Assembly (NCBI GenBank): GCA_021654395.1
Contig: AP024486.1
Location: forward strand, 540,001-572,000
Reading direction: 5' to 3'
DNA from: Candidatus Saccharimonadota bacterium
Lineage (GTDB): Archaea; Micrarchaeota; Micrarchaeia; Micrarchaeales; Micrarchaeaceae
Length of the DNA stretch: 32,000 nt
In this document: piece after piece, positions 22,509 through 32,000 of the stretch
Layout of the letters: every line of letters begins with the position of its first letter
Position numbering within the stretch: the stretch's first letter is position 1
Notes under the pieces: model-generated
The model's input: the letters and a program-made list of their open reading frames with translations, nothing else
Databases searched by the model: none
Told to the model about the DNA's origin: nothing
Translations under genes and position numbers: made by a program

Positions 22509-23741
22509 ATGTACGATATAGACGCTATAACCCTCGATAATGGATTAAGATGCTATCTTGTTAACAACGGCTCTGATGCATTAGAGCTAAGAGCAGCATT
22601 TAAGGCAGGCAAATTATACGAAGATAGAGATGAGAGGCAAAAGTTTCATACAATAGAGCATATGCTATTAAATAAGACTAGAAAGATGAATTCAACAGAG
22701 CTTATTAGATCTTTTGAAAAGATAGGTGCTTATTTGAATGGCAAAACAGGTATGGAGGAGATGTATATTGAGATAAATGTTCATAAAGATCATATTAAAG
22801 ATGCCTTAGATCTATTATCAGAGATGATATTTAATTATAGATTTACAGATAAGACCCTTAATGCAGAAAAGTCAATTGTAATAAATGAGATTCTATCAGA
22901 TTATTCAAGCCTTGAAGGAATAATATGGATGAACTATATTAATACAGTCCTTGATAACTTCGATCCTAGTAAAGAAGAGCTAATTAGAGGTATAAAGGCA
23001 TTTACGTTAGATGATATAAAGAGATCTTATGAAGGTATATTGGCAAAAGATAGCCTCTACCTACTTGTTGTTGGTAATATAGATAAAGACATTAAAAGCT
23101 ATATAAATGGTCTATTTTCAAAGTATGAGTTAAGAGATCATAGCAATATTAGGATTATTGATAAGATAGATAAGAAGATTAAACAGATAGATATCGATAT
23201 AGGCCCATCATTCGAAGAGTATGCTTTATATTATAACTTCTTAGTTAATGAGCAGGATCTAAAAGATAGAGCAGCAAACATGATACTTAGAGACATATTA
23301 AATTATATTCTTTTCTACAATCTTAGAGTTAAGAAAGGTATTACATATACGCCTTCATGCGAATATGAAAGAAACTCATTACTCTCTTTAATTGAGCTTC
23401 AGATTCAAGTATTACCTAAAAACTTCAATAGAGCAAAAAAGGCACTTGAGAATATAATAGATAATCTAAGTAGATATATAGATAATGAGATCTTTGAGGT
23501 GTATAAAAACGGCCTGATAAATAGAATGAAAAGAGATATGACTGATAGCAGCTATCTAGCAGATATCTTTATAGATAACTATAGATATGTAGAAGATAAT
23601 AAAATTACAGATCTAGATATGATCGATATAATAAAAGATATAGAGCTGAGTGATATAAAGAATATAGTAGAGAATTATATCTATACAGATAAAGCGGGCA
23701 AGCTATTTCTATTAAATAGCTCTAAGAATCTAAAGCAATGA
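22509..23741 (+). CDS. M16-family (pitrilysin/insulinase-like) zinc peptidase
   Basis: Has an inverted zinc motif HxxEH (HTIEHML) at about residue 48, a length of 410 aa and a two-lobe-compatible layout. No other motif was checked. Confidence 0.65.
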   Translation: MYDIDAITLDNGLRCYLVNNGSDALELRAAFKAGKLYEDRDERQKFHTIEHMLLNKTRKMNSTELIRSFEKIGAYLNGKTGMEEMYIEINVHKDHIKDALDLLSEMIFNYRFTDKTLNAEKSIVINEILSDYSSLEGIIWMNYINTVLDNFDPSKEELIRGIKAFTLDDIKRSYEGILAKDSLYLLVVGNIDKDIKSYINGLFSKYELRDHSNIRIIDKIDKKIKQIDIDIGPSFEEYALYYNFLVNEQDLKDRAANMILRDILNYILFYNLRVKKGITYTPSCEYERNSLLSLIELQIQVLPKNFNRAKKALENIIDNLSRYIDNEIFEVYKNGLINRMKRDMTDSSYLADIFIDNYRYVEDNKITDLDMIDIIKDIELSDIKNIVENYIYTDKAGKLFLLNSSKNLKQ

Positions 23742-23787
23742 GTTAATGCAATATCTTTAATAGATTTATATAAGTAATCTTTCTATA

Positions 23788-24837
23788 ATGCTAAGCTTAG
23801 TTTTATATATAGATATGGATTACTTCTTCGCCGCGTGTGAGGAGCTAAAGAATCCAAGCATAAAGGATAAGCCAAATGCCGTTAGCAACTATGATAAAGA
23901 GGATAGGAGAGGAGTTATACTAACTGCTAACTATATAGCTAGGAGATATGGTGTAAAGAGCGGGATATCAGTAAGTAAGGCTTTAGAGCTATGCAAGGAT
24001 CTTATAGTAGTTAAGGCAGATTACGATCTATACGGAAGCATCTCATCAAAGATCTTTGATATAATAAGATCCTATGGATATACAACAGAGATCCTAAGCA
24101 TAGATGAAGCAGCATTAAATATAAATGTAAACAGCTACGAGGATGCTTACAGTATAGCAAAAGATATTAAAGATAGGATATTTAATGAGACTGGGCTAAC
24201 AGCAAGTGTTGGTATCGCGATCGGAAAGATAATAGCTAAGATCGCATGCGACGAGGCTAAGCCTAATGGCATACTTATAGTCAAGCAAGAGGATAGCTAT
24301 AGCTTCATAAAGGATAAATCTATAGAGAAGATACCTGGTGTTGGTAGAAGGAGCTTAGAGGAGTTAAGGAAGCTTGGAGTAGAGAGGCTAAGCGAGATAA
24401 ATAAGATAGGTTATATTAAATTAAAGAGCATATTAGGCAGCTATGCAGATACATTAATAGCATTATCTAAGGGAATAGATTACTCAAAGGCAGAGCCTAG
24501 CTCTGAGGCTAGATCTATAAGCAGAGAGAAGGTTATAGAGCCTACAGATAGAGATGAAGCTCTAGAAAAGGTGGCAGAGGAGCTTATAGACGAGCTTTAC
24601 GACTATATAAGCAAGAGTAGCATCGCATATGCTGGAGTTGGTGTAAAGGCAGTATACCAAGATTTCTCACAGTCAGTCAAGAGCAGCAAGCTTAACGGAC
24701 TGCATGAGGATAAAGAGACTATAGTTGAGACATCAAAGAGGCTTATAAGACAGCTGCCTAAGGATAAGCCTATAAGAAAGTTTGGAGTAAGAGTCTATGA
24801 TATACGCTCTATGAAGGGCCAGAGGAAGCTCTTCTGA
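23788..24837 (+). CDS. dinB: Y-family DNA polymerase IV (Dpo4/DinB)
   Basis: Motifs seen are YIDMDYFFAACEEL, SIDEAALN, ASVGIAIGKIIAKIACDEAKPNG and the HhH IPGVGRRSLEELRKLG, at 349 aa. Confidence 0.9.
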   Translation: MLSLVLYIDMDYFFAACEELKNPSIKDKPNAVSNYDKEDRRGVILTANYIARRYGVKSGISVSKALELCKDLIVVKADYDLYGSISSKIFDIIRSYGYTTEILSIDEAALNINVNSYEDAYSIAKDIKDRIFNETGLTASVGIAIGKIIAKIACDEAKPNGILIVKQEDSYSFIKDKSIEKIPGVGRRSLEELRKLGVERLSEINKIGYIKLKSILGSYADTLIALSKGIDYSKAEPSSEARSISREKVIEPTDRDEALEKVAEELIDELYDYISKSSIAYAGVGVKAVYQDFSQSVKSSKLNGLHEDKETIVETSKRLIRQLPKDKPIRKFGVRVYDIRSMKGQRKLF

Positions 24838-25601
24838 TGATTATAATGAGGCTAAGAACTATAGCATTATTATTCTTAATAGCATTACTAGTGCTTTTAG
24901 GATCATTAGGTGTATATATAATAGGGCATAATACAGATAACTTTAATGTCAATATAAATAGCTTTATAACTGCGCTTTACTTTACTATAACTACATTAAG
25001 CACTGTCGGCTATGGCGATATAGTGCCAGTATCTAATATAGCAAGACTTTATGTTATATTCCTAATACTTGTTGGTATGGGTGTCTTTTTAGGAGCCTTA
25101 AGCATAATTGCTAATGATGTTATAAATAGAGATATAGAGAAGATAACAGGTAGGATATCTATGATAGAGAAGAGATTTATAAACAAGCACATACTTCTTA
25201 TAGGATATGATAAGGTAAACGAGACTCTAATTAATATATTCAATAGAAGAGAGTTAGCCATAATAACCTCAGACAAATCAGAGGCAGATATACTTCAGAG
25301 CTATAACTACAACGCTTATGTAGCAGATCCTACATTAGAAAGAGATCTAGAGATGTTCAATATAGAGAAGGCAAAGCTGATAATAATAGATCTAAGAGAT
25401 CACTCTAAGACATTATATACAGCTTTAATAGCTAAGAAGATACTAGAGAGCAAGAAGAAAGAGATAGATAAGCTATACGTTGTAGCATACTCAAAGTCTT
25501 TAGAGGATAATCTAAAGGCTATAGGTATAAAGAATATAATAAATCCTGCAGATATGGCAGCCAGATTCATACTAAATATATACAAAGGCAGAGATCATTA
25601 A
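24837..25601 (+). CDS. two-TM potassium channel with C-terminal RCK/TrkA-N-like domain (MthK-like)
   Basis: Has the selectivity filter TLSTVGYGDIVP between two TM helices. The following domain starts HILLIGYDKVN, so the dinucleotide-fold glycine motif is degenerate. Its ATG overlaps the dinB TGA (TGATG). Confidence 0.8.
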   Translation: MIIMRLRTIALLFLIALLVLLGSLGVYIIGHNTDNFNVNINSFITALYFTITTLSTVGYGDIVPVSNIARLYVIFLILVGMGVFLGALSIIANDVINRDIEKITGRISMIEKRFINKHILLIGYDKVNETLINIFNRRELAIITSDKSEADILQSYNYNAYVADPTLERDLEMFNIEKAKLIIIDLRDHSKTLYTALIAKKILESKKKEIDKLYVVAYSKSLEDNLKAIGIKNIINPADMAARFILNIYKGRDH

Positions 25602-26377
25602 GAGTCAAATAGATATGATATATCGTTGCTGTATGTTATATTCAATGTCTTTATATAAGAATCTGGATCTCCTACATTTAACCACTGCTCCTTGCTTACC
25701 TCTTTAGCATATACCTTATTAGATCTCTTTGCTAAGCTATCTATAGCATATGTAACCTGAATATTATCACTGCTCTTGAATCTCTCTAGCTCATCCATAT
25801 AGCTATTGTCTAGTATATAGAATGCCAATAATGCAGCATCTGATCTCGGCTGCTTAGGCTTCTCTTCAGCAGATCTTACACGCTTAAGCTCGCTATTAGT
25901 ATCTTCTAGATCTAGTATCCCATATCTCTCAGGATTGCTAACTCTTCTATAGAAGACTAAGCCATGCATATCAGAGCTCTCAAATAGTCTTATATACTTC
26001 TCATAGCTCTCTACCATTAGACCATCATCTGCATGAAGCACGAAAGGTTCATCTCCTACAAATCTCTTAGCGCTTAAGACAGCTCCTCCATACTCCTTTA
26101 GCTCTCTCTTCTGATGTATATAGTATATATCAAGATCATTAAAGTTATCATTTATATAGTCAAATAGTGGCTTATAGTTGCCTCTTACAACAAAGCAAAT
26201 CTCCTCTATTCCAGATCTCTTTAAGCTTGCTAGTAAGCCATGAACTAGCGGCTTTATCTCTAGCTTATCTCCTCTTTTGTAAACTATAGGGAACATGCAT
26301 TTTGGTATTATATTTGCAAGGTATCCAGTTCTAGTTGAGAGACCTGCTGCTGTTATAACAGCCTTTCTTATCTTCAT
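25598..26377 (-). CDS. sugar-phosphate nucleotidyltransferase (UTP/dTTP-glucose-1-phosphate nucleotidyltransferase-like)
   Basis: The N-terminal KAVITAAGLSTRTGYLANIIPKCMFPIV resembles the AAGxGTR...PKxMxPI signature, at 259 aa. Confidence 0.7.
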   Translation of the reverse strand: MKIRKAVITAAGLSTRTGYLANIIPKCMFPIVYKRGDKLEIKPLVHGLLASLKRSGIEEICFVVRGNYKPLFDYINDNFNDLDIYYIHQKRELKEYGGAVLSAKRFVGDEPFVLHADDGLMVESYEKYIRLFESSDMHGLVFYRRVSNPERYGILDLEDTNSELKRVRSAEEKPKQPRSDAALLAFYILDNSYMDELERFKSSDNIQVTYAIDSLAKRSNKVYAKEVSKEQWLNVGDPDSYIKTLNITYSNDISYLFDS

Positions 26378-26445
26378 ATCTATCTAATTAATTTTTTCAA
26401 AGAGCTTTTTAAAGCTTAGCTCTTAATCTTTATTATAAGTTATAT

Positions 26446-28659
26446 ATGCCTGATCTTAGCATAGAGGCAAACAGCTTGCTGTTAAATTATATAAAACATG
26501 AGAGATATAAGAACGGCTTATACGATGAATACTCTATAGATATGCTTAAGCTTCTTCTTAGTATGCCTTATATAGAAGAGTATAAAGAGATAGTATCATC
26601 AGATAGCTTTATAAGGCTCATATCAGCTAAAAGCTACGCTGGACTTTATATCTATAATATAATAAGATCTAAGAATAAGGAGCGATTACTTAATAAAGAG
26701 CTATTAGAGCTGCTTAACTCAATAGATGAGATATCAGATATGGATCTTATAGATGAGGCATTACAGCTGATAAGCAGATCTAAGAAGGCGTTTAAGTACC
26801 TTATAGAAGATAAGAGGTTGAAAGGATTGTTTAATAATAAAGCAATAGCTTTATACCTATTTAAGTTAGCTAATAGAAGCAGCAAGGATCTTAGCTACTC
26901 TCTTATAAAAGGCATTATGGATCTTAAAGCCATGAATATAGAAGATAGTGTAGTCTATGATATAATAGATATATACTACAGCTCCGATGCTAGGTCTTCA
27001 GATATAAAGAAGCTTATCGGCTTAGAAAGAGCTTTTAATAAAGATATCTATAAAGAGATATTAAGATCTATAAGAAGAAGTAAGAATCTGAGCATAATAA
27101 GAGTATTTGATATAGCTAGATATAAAGATATATTAGAGAGCACAGTAGATATGGATCTATGGATCGATACTCTGATAAATGCAAAGGCAGATGACAAAGA
27201 GCTAATAGATACTATATCTGAATATATAAGAAGAGATCCTAAAAAGTATAAGAGATTTATACCATTAGACACTGTAAATAGAGATCTTATATCTAATATA
27301 AAAGAGATAATATATAGATATGGAGTTAATGATAACATAATATCTAAGATCTCAGAGCTTTCATTAATATCATTATATAGCAGATTGATGCTTAATAGTA
27401 TAATAAGCTTAGATAAAGGGCTTTTACTTGCTACAGAGAACGAATATAACAAAGCTATAAAGCATATAATAAATGATCTATTAATGAGAAGACTAGAGAT
27501 CTATAATCCTTTACATTATGGGGTGCTTAAAGGATATCCAGAGTTTAAAGATATATTTAGCAAGGAGCAGCTTTATGCTCTTCTTTATGGCGCTCTTAGA
27601 CATAGTAATGCAGATATAGGGTATCTGCTCATACATAAGGATGATCTTGCAATAATAGATTATAAGTGTATAGGCTGTAAGGGCTTAGAGCTTAGAGGTA
27701 AAGATAATGATTATATATTAAACAAGGTTGCAGAGCTGCTGCTTATACTCAATGGTACAAAGGATAAAGATCTGTGCAAATCAGTTGAAAGAGCTAGAGA
27801 GCAATATAGAAGCTTAAGACTGCCTATAGACAAGGCAGTAGCTGATCTATGCTCTGTAAGAAAAGAGCTCATCAATGGAGCTACAGTTGAGGCTACTATC
27901 AGTAATTTATATAAAGATCTTTTAGCTAAGAGAGCATCTCCTTTGAATGCTATAGAGATACTAAATGCAATATCTGACAAGTATAATAAGAGGAATTTAA
28001 AGGCCTTTATAGATGAGTTCATTAAGATAAACGAGCTTTACAGCCTTATGCCAACAGATCTTATAGTGGCTTATAGATATAAAACAAAGTACAGCATATT
28101 TGATATAAAAGGTAAGATATCTTCATGCGTATTCTATCCAAATGGTATATATGCTTATGCATCCATAGATTATCTGAAGGATAGCTCTGTCTATCTTATC
28201 GGCTTTAGCAGAGTGAAGACTTTTAGATATAATAAGCATATAGATGATAGTATAATAAAAGAGCTAGATGGGGCAGATGCTGTTGCCATTGCATTTAAGG
28301 CAGATGTGATCTCTGATAGTATAAGAAAGCAGATCTTAATAGTTGATTCATTTGAATCAAGTATCTATAATCTTGATCTATTTAAAGACAATACTGATAT
28401 TATTATAAGATCATTATATAAGCTAACTAGAGATCTGAATCTTGATGCTCTTTACTTCTTTGGATATCCGCAAGGAAAGGTTGCAAGGGATATTGTAGAT
28501 ATATTAAGAAGCAAGATTAATACAAGAGAGGAGAGATTAAAGATACTAGATCAATATAAGGATCTGTTCTTAGAGGCTCTAAATTATAATAAGGAGAATG
28601 GATATGTAGATCTTTTGAGAGTTGATGATAAGTCTATAAGAGATATAGGAAGATTCTAA
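26446..28659 (+). CDS. large hypothetical protein (737 aa), helical N-terminal ~550 aa plus alpha/beta-looking C-terminal ~180 aa
   Basis: A long uninterrupted ORF in local codon style, with three antisense shadow ORFs. I recognised no catalytic or family motif. Confidence 0.7.
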   Translation: MPDLSIEANSLLLNYIKHERYKNGLYDEYSIDMLKLLLSMPYIEEYKEIVSSDSFIRLISAKSYAGLYIYNIIRSKNKERLLNKELLELLNSIDEISDMDLIDEALQLISRSKKAFKYLIEDKRLKGLFNNKAIALYLFKLANRSSKDLSYSLIKGIMDLKAMNIEDSVVYDIIDIYYSSDARSSDIKKLIGLERAFNKDIYKEILRSIRRSKNLSIIRVFDIARYKDILESTVDMDLWIDTLINAKADDKELIDTISEYIRRDPKKYKRFIPLDTVNRDLISNIKEIIYRYGVNDNIISKISELSLISLYSRLMLNSIISLDKGLLLATENEYNKAIKHIINDLLMRRLEIYNPLHYGVLKGYPEFKDIFSKEQLYALLYGALRHSNADIGYLLIHKDDLAIIDYKCIGCKGLELRGKDNDYILNKVAELLLILNGTKDKDLCKSVERAREQYRSLRLPIDKAVADLCSVRKELINGATVEATISNLYKDLLAKRASPLNAIEILNAISDKYNKRNLKAFIDEFIKINELYSLMPTDLIVAYRYKTKYSIFDIKGKISSCVFYPNGIYAYASIDYLKDSSVYLIGFSRVKTFRYNKHIDDSIIKELDGADAVAIAFKADVISDSIRKQILIVDSFESSIYNLDLFKDNTDIIIRSLYKLTRDLNLDALYFFGYPQGKVARDIVDILRSKINTREERLKILDQYKDLFLEALNYNKENGYVDLLRVDDKSIRDIGRF

Positions 28660-28702
28660 AGTATATGAAAATTATTTTAAATCTCTAAAGAGAATTAAAA
28701 GT

Positions 28703-29176
28703 ATGGTAAGCAAAAGCAGACAAGACAATTGGTTAATCACTTACAAAAGTGTAAACAAGACTCCATCTTATAGAGATAGATCGCTTCTACTTTCACTTTA
28801 TGATGGATCCTTATTGTATATAAATGGCTTAGATGAGAAAAGCTCTAACTTCTTATATGATCTACTTAGAGAGAGATACGCAATCCTATTCATAGAGGGC
28901 TTAAATCAAGATAAAAGCGATAAGAAGATATATAGATGCAATATAAAAGACAGCTCCACAAGGATATCTATTAAGATGCATAGAGATTATGTACAAAGGT
29001 TAATAGACACATTAGATAGATACGGCTTAGATTTTGATGAATCTGGAAGCGAGATAGTTGTTTACATAAAGAATAATAAAGGCGAGCAGATAAACAAGAT
29101 ACATATAGAGAAGATTGGTATATATACAGATGAGAATGGTCAAGCAAGTCTAGATCAATTTATTAATATACAATAG
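28703..29176 (+). CDS. hypothetical protein (157 aa)
   Basis: ORF 44 nt downstream of the 737-aa gene on the same strand. No motif recognised. Confidence 0.55.
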   Translation: MVSKSRQDNWLITYKSVNKTPSYRDRSLLLSLYDGSLLYINGLDEKSSNFLYDLLRERYAILFIEGLNQDKSDKKIYRCNIKDSSTRISIKMHRDYVQRLIDTLDRYGLDFDESGSEIVVYIKNNKGEQINKIHIEKIGIYTDENGQASLDQFINIQ

Positions 29177-29185
29177 ATAAAAGGT

Positions 29186-29195
29186 AAAAAAAAAA
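29186..29195 (-). terminator. oligo-T (T10 on minus strand) downstream of pyruvate kinase
   Basis: An A10 run on the plus strand lies 15 nt beyond the pyk stop codon (29210), between convergent genes. Archaeal termination typically uses oligo-T tracts. Confidence 0.4.
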
Positions 29196-29209
29196 CACTT
29201 ACACTTATC

Positions 29210-30571
29210 TTATGCTTCTAAAGTCAATGTATTAGTGCTGCCAGCAACATTTGGCTTTCCATATAGCAGTACATATCTATTTATATTTAGCTCCTTAAGT
29301 CTAGATCTCGCTGCTTCTATAAGCTTACTTATATTGTCTTTATATCTGCTTGGATCCTCATCTATAAGCTTAGGTATTACACCATAGTAAAGCGATAGCA
29401 TTCTGGCAACCTTTCTGCTTAGAGTTACAGCTATTATATCTGCATTAGGTCTTATAGCAGATACTCTCTTTGCTGTAGCTCCAGTAGATGTTAAGCTTAC
29501 AATATGCTCTACAAACTTACTGTTAACTATAGATGCTGCTGCAGATGCAATCATATCATAAGGACTCTCTGTAGGAAGAGGCAGCTCATCAACCCCAAAG
29601 AGCTGATTCTCCTCTATTATTCTGTTTAGCTGCTCTACTGTCTCTATAGGATATCTTCCTATAGCAGTCTCCTCACTTAGCATAACTGCATCAACTCCCT
29701 CATAGACAGCATTTGCTACATCGTTAACCTCTGCTCTAGTTGGCTTTGTATTGCTTACCATAGAGCTCATAAGCTGTGTTGCAACGATAACAAGCTTTCT
29801 TGCAGCTCTTGCCTTCTTTACTAGAAACTTCTGTATATACGGTATCTTCTCTAAAGATACAGTTATAGCTAGATCGCCTCTTGCAATCATTAAGCCGTCA
29901 GCTTCATCTATTATATTATCTATATTATTTAATCCCTCAAGTGTCTCTACTTTCGCTATTATATTGATATCTTTATCTATATCCCTTAGCTTTCTTATGT
30001 CTAAAGCGCTGCTAACAAATGATTCTGCAACATAATCGAAATTAAGTTTTCTTACAGCCTTAAATAGCTCTATGTCTTCACGAGTTGGCACCTTGGCAGA
30101 TAGCTTTCCGTTCTTTATGCTAAAGCCTCTCCTTGCCTTAAGTATACCATCGTTAAGAGCCTTTGCCTTTATTACATTACTTCCCTTCTCTACTACTTCA
30201 AATGATAGCTCTCCATCTCCAATTACAACAATACTCTCTTCAGATATATCCTCAAATAGATTGTCATAATCTACTGGTACGGCGCCTTCTACCTTCTTAT
30301 TACTAAAGCTTATGATATCTCCTTTCCTTATATTTATATCCTTTATATCTCCTAGTCTTATCTTTACACCTGGGAGATCAGCCATCTTAGCAAGATAAAG
30401 ATTGTATCTATCTCTTGCATCATCTATTCTATCGCTTATCAGCTTAAGCTCATCTATATCTTTTACATGCGATAGATTGACTCTTATACAGTCTACCTTT
30501 GTTACTATACTCTTAAGCTTATCATCATCTAATGATGGACCGTATGTTGCTATTATCTTAACTCTTCGCAT
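29210..30571 (-). CDS. pyk: pyruvate kinase
   Basis: Motifs seen are VKIIATYGPS, RVNLSH, DLPGVKIRLG, IAKVETLEGLNNIDNIIDEADGLMIARGDLA, VATQLMSSMV, PTRAEVNDVANAVYEGVDAVMLSEETAIGRYP. Confidence 0.9.
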   Translation of the reverse strand: MRRVKIIATYGPSLDDDKLKSIVTKVDCIRVNLSHVKDIDELKLISDRIDDARDRYNLYLAKMADLPGVKIRLGDIKDINIRKGDIISFSNKKVEGAVPVDYDNLFEDISEESIVVIGDGELSFEVVEKGSNVIKAKALNDGILKARRGFSIKNGKLSAKVPTREDIELFKAVRKLNFDYVAESFVSSALDIRKLRDIDKDINIIAKVETLEGLNNIDNIIDEADGLMIARGDLAITVSLEKIPYIQKFLVKKARAARKLVIVATQLMSSMVSNTKPTRAEVNDVANAVYEGVDAVMLSEETAIGRYPIETVEQLNRIIEENQLFGVDELPLPTESPYDMIASAAASIVNSKFVEHIVSLTSTGATAKRVSAIRPNADIIAVTLSRKVARMLSLYYGVIPKLIDEDPSRYKDNISKLIEAARSRLKELNINRYVLLYGKPNVAGSTNTLTLEA

Positions 30572-30712
30572 ATTATATCACCAATGTAAAAATAAATTTC
30601 TGATAGCATATTTATAAACCTTATACACATTATAATGCATCTATATTTAAGCAAATCTTTATAATAGCTAAAAGATTAACTTATCTTTAATTAGCTGATT
30701 GGGTTATTCTAT

Positions 30713-32000
30713 ATGAGTGATAGTAGCGATTCAAAGAAGGATAGCTATACAGGAAAGGATATAACGGTGCTATCCGGAACAGAAGGCATCAGAAAGAGGC
30801 CTGCTATGTATATAGGCTCAACAGACTCTAGAGGTATGCTGCATCTGCTCTTTGAGATAATAGATAATAGCATAGATGAAGCATTAGCAGGCTACTGTAA
30901 GAACATAACGATAAGGCTTGAGAGAGAGGACAACATGGATGTTGCAGAGGTAGAAGATGATGGTAGAGGCATACCTGTCGATATAGTTGAGAAGTATAAT
31001 AAGCCAGCATTAGAGGTAATACTAACGCATATACATGCTGGCGCTAAGTTCTCAAATAATGTATATAAGGTATCTGGAGGATTACATGGAGTAGGATTAA
31101 CAGTAGTTAATGCTCTCTCAGAGTACCTTATAGTAACTGTAATGAGAGATGGTAAGATATATAGGCAGCGCTATAGTAGAGGCGCTTCAGTATCTCAATT
31201 AGAGATTATAGGCAGTATCGATGGCAATAAGACTGGTACTATAATAAGATTTAAACCAGATAGGGAGATCTTCTCTTCTGATTCTTTTGACTCTATGCTT
31301 CTTGAGGAGAGAGTAAGATATCTTGCATTTCTAAACCCTGGTATAACAATAAGGCTTATAGATAGTAGATATGAGAGCAAGAGAGAGCTTATCTTTAGAT
31401 ATGAGAATGGGCTAAGAGACTTTTTAGATGATATAAATAGTAAGAAGCCCTTGATAACTGATCAGATAGTTATAGACAAGACAGAGCAGAATGTAAGGGT
31501 AAATATAGCATTCGATTATGTTGATGACTATTCAGAAAAAGTACTAGGATTTGCAAATAGTATAAGGACATATGATGGTGGAACTCATATAACAGGCTTC
31601 TACTCAGGCTTATCTAAAGCGATACAGAGCTATATAGACTCTAATGAGAAGATAAAGAAGAGCTTAAAGGTAAAGATAGAGGCAGAGGATATGCATGAGG
31701 GCTTAAGAGCAGTAGTTGCTGTATATCTTCCTAACCCGGAGTTTGAAGGTCAGACAAAGGAGAAGCTAGGCAATAGCATAGTAAAGAGCATAGTTGAGAA
31801 GATAGTATATGATGAGCTATACTCATATCTAGATAAGAATCCAGGAAAGGCCTCAGCGTTGATTAATAAGCTAGCTATAGCAGCTACTGCTAGAGAATCT
31901 GCTAGAAAAGCCAGAGAGATCGTTAGAAAGAGCAAAGAGATAGATAAGATCCTATTAGCAGGAAAGCTAGCAGACTGTAGTGAGGATGACAGCTCTATAA
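30713..32000 (+). CDS. gyrB: DNA gyrase subunit B, 3'-partial (runs off the right window edge; absent from the ORF track)
   Basis: Own translation from ATG 30713 gives MSDSSDSKKDSYTGKDITVLSGTEGIRKRPAMYIGSTDSRGMLHLLFEIIDNSIDEALAGY...VEDDGRGIPVD...SGGLHGVGLTVVNALS...YLPNPEFEGQTKEKLGNS...LAGKLADCS. There is no stop before nt 32000. The track ORFs at 30828-31010, 31195-31380 and 31750-31935 (minus) are antisense shadows of it. Confidence 0.9.
   Translation, partial: MSDSSDSKKDSYTGKDITVLSGTEGIRKRPAMYIGSTDSRGMLHLLFEIIDNSIDEALAGYCKNITIRLEREDNMDVAEVEDDGRGIPVDIVEKYNKPALEVILTHIHAGAKFSNNVYKVSGGLHGVGLTVVNALSEYLIVTVMRDGKIYRQRYSRGASVSQLEIIGSIDGNKTGTIIRFKPDREIFSSDSFDSMLLEERVRYLAFLNPGITIRLIDSRYESKRELIFRYENGLRDFLDDINSKKPLITDQIVIDKTEQNVRVNIAFDYVDDYSEKVLGFANSIRTYDGGTHITGFYSGLSKAIQSYIDSNEKIKKSLKVKIEAEDMHEGLRAVVAVYLPNPEFEGQTKEKLGNSIVKSIVEKIVYDELYSYLDKNPGKASALINKLAIAATARESARKAREIVRKSKEIDKILLAGKLADCSEDDSSI

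Noticed and set aside
26400-26424. Inverted repeat AAGAGCT-n11-AGCTCTT in the divergent promoter region between 25598-26377 and 26446-28659
   Set aside because: It has only 7-bp arms in an AT-rich spacer, with no second copy in the window. That is not enough to call an operator.
30828-31935. Three ~60-aa minus-strand ORFs (30828-31010, 31195-31380, 31750-31935), the only track entries right of 30617
   Set aside because: The plus strand here encodes an unmistakable GyrB N-terminal region from ATG 30713. That gene is missing from the track, presumably because it has no stop inside the window.
1-32000. Stop-codon reassignment or alternative genetic code
   Set aside because: TAA, TAG (nth) and TGA (dinB) all terminate well-supported genes at positions consistent with homolog lengths. 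No in-frame stops interrupt recognisable domains, apart from the D frameshift.

Overview
AT-rich, gene-dense archaeal chromosomal segment. Archaeal markers are GGGP synthase, type-2 IPP isomerase, a Dpo4/DinB polymerase, an EndoQ-like PHP nuclease, class III (pilin-type) signal peptides and tRNAs without encoded CCA. The lineage cannot be fixed without a database search; composition and gene content would fit a small-genome DPANN- or Thermoplasmata-like archaeon. About 30 protein genes are present, mostly housekeeping: aminotransferase, Dph6-like ligase, fni, nth, EndoQ-like, MEMO/AmmeMemoRadiSam-B, SDR epimerase, GGGPS, NFACT-N protein, RNase Z, MFS transporter, fumarase/aspartase-family lyase, M16 peptidase, DinB, K+ channel, sugar nucleotidyltransferase, pyruvate kinase and a 3'-truncated gyrB missing from the ORF track. 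Many are translationally coupled by 1-14 nt overlaps. The unusual part is a four-member paralogous family of secreted, N-x-S/T-rich modular proteins: A 934-2679 (minus), B 14801-15916, C 16063-18081 and D 18240-19487 with an out-of-frame tail to 19846. Three of the four start 43-49 nt downstream of a tRNA-Val gene. C and D share a ~315-bp almost identical 5' module (tRNA, promoter, leader and TM codons) that stops abruptly near codon 68. The 3' modules are shuffled: a Thr/Ser stalk of variable length, a DUF2341/LamG-like module, and a ~180-aa module that sits inside C and at the C-terminus of D. One of the three tRNA-Val genes is degenerate or chimeric, and D is frameshifted. I read this as a tRNA-punctuated, recombining surface-protein (pilin-fused adhesin-like) cassette locus. 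No CRISPR array, rRNA, transposase or integrase was seen. All homology statements are by-eye motif recognition; no search, alignment program or tRNA scanner was run, and start codons are provisional.
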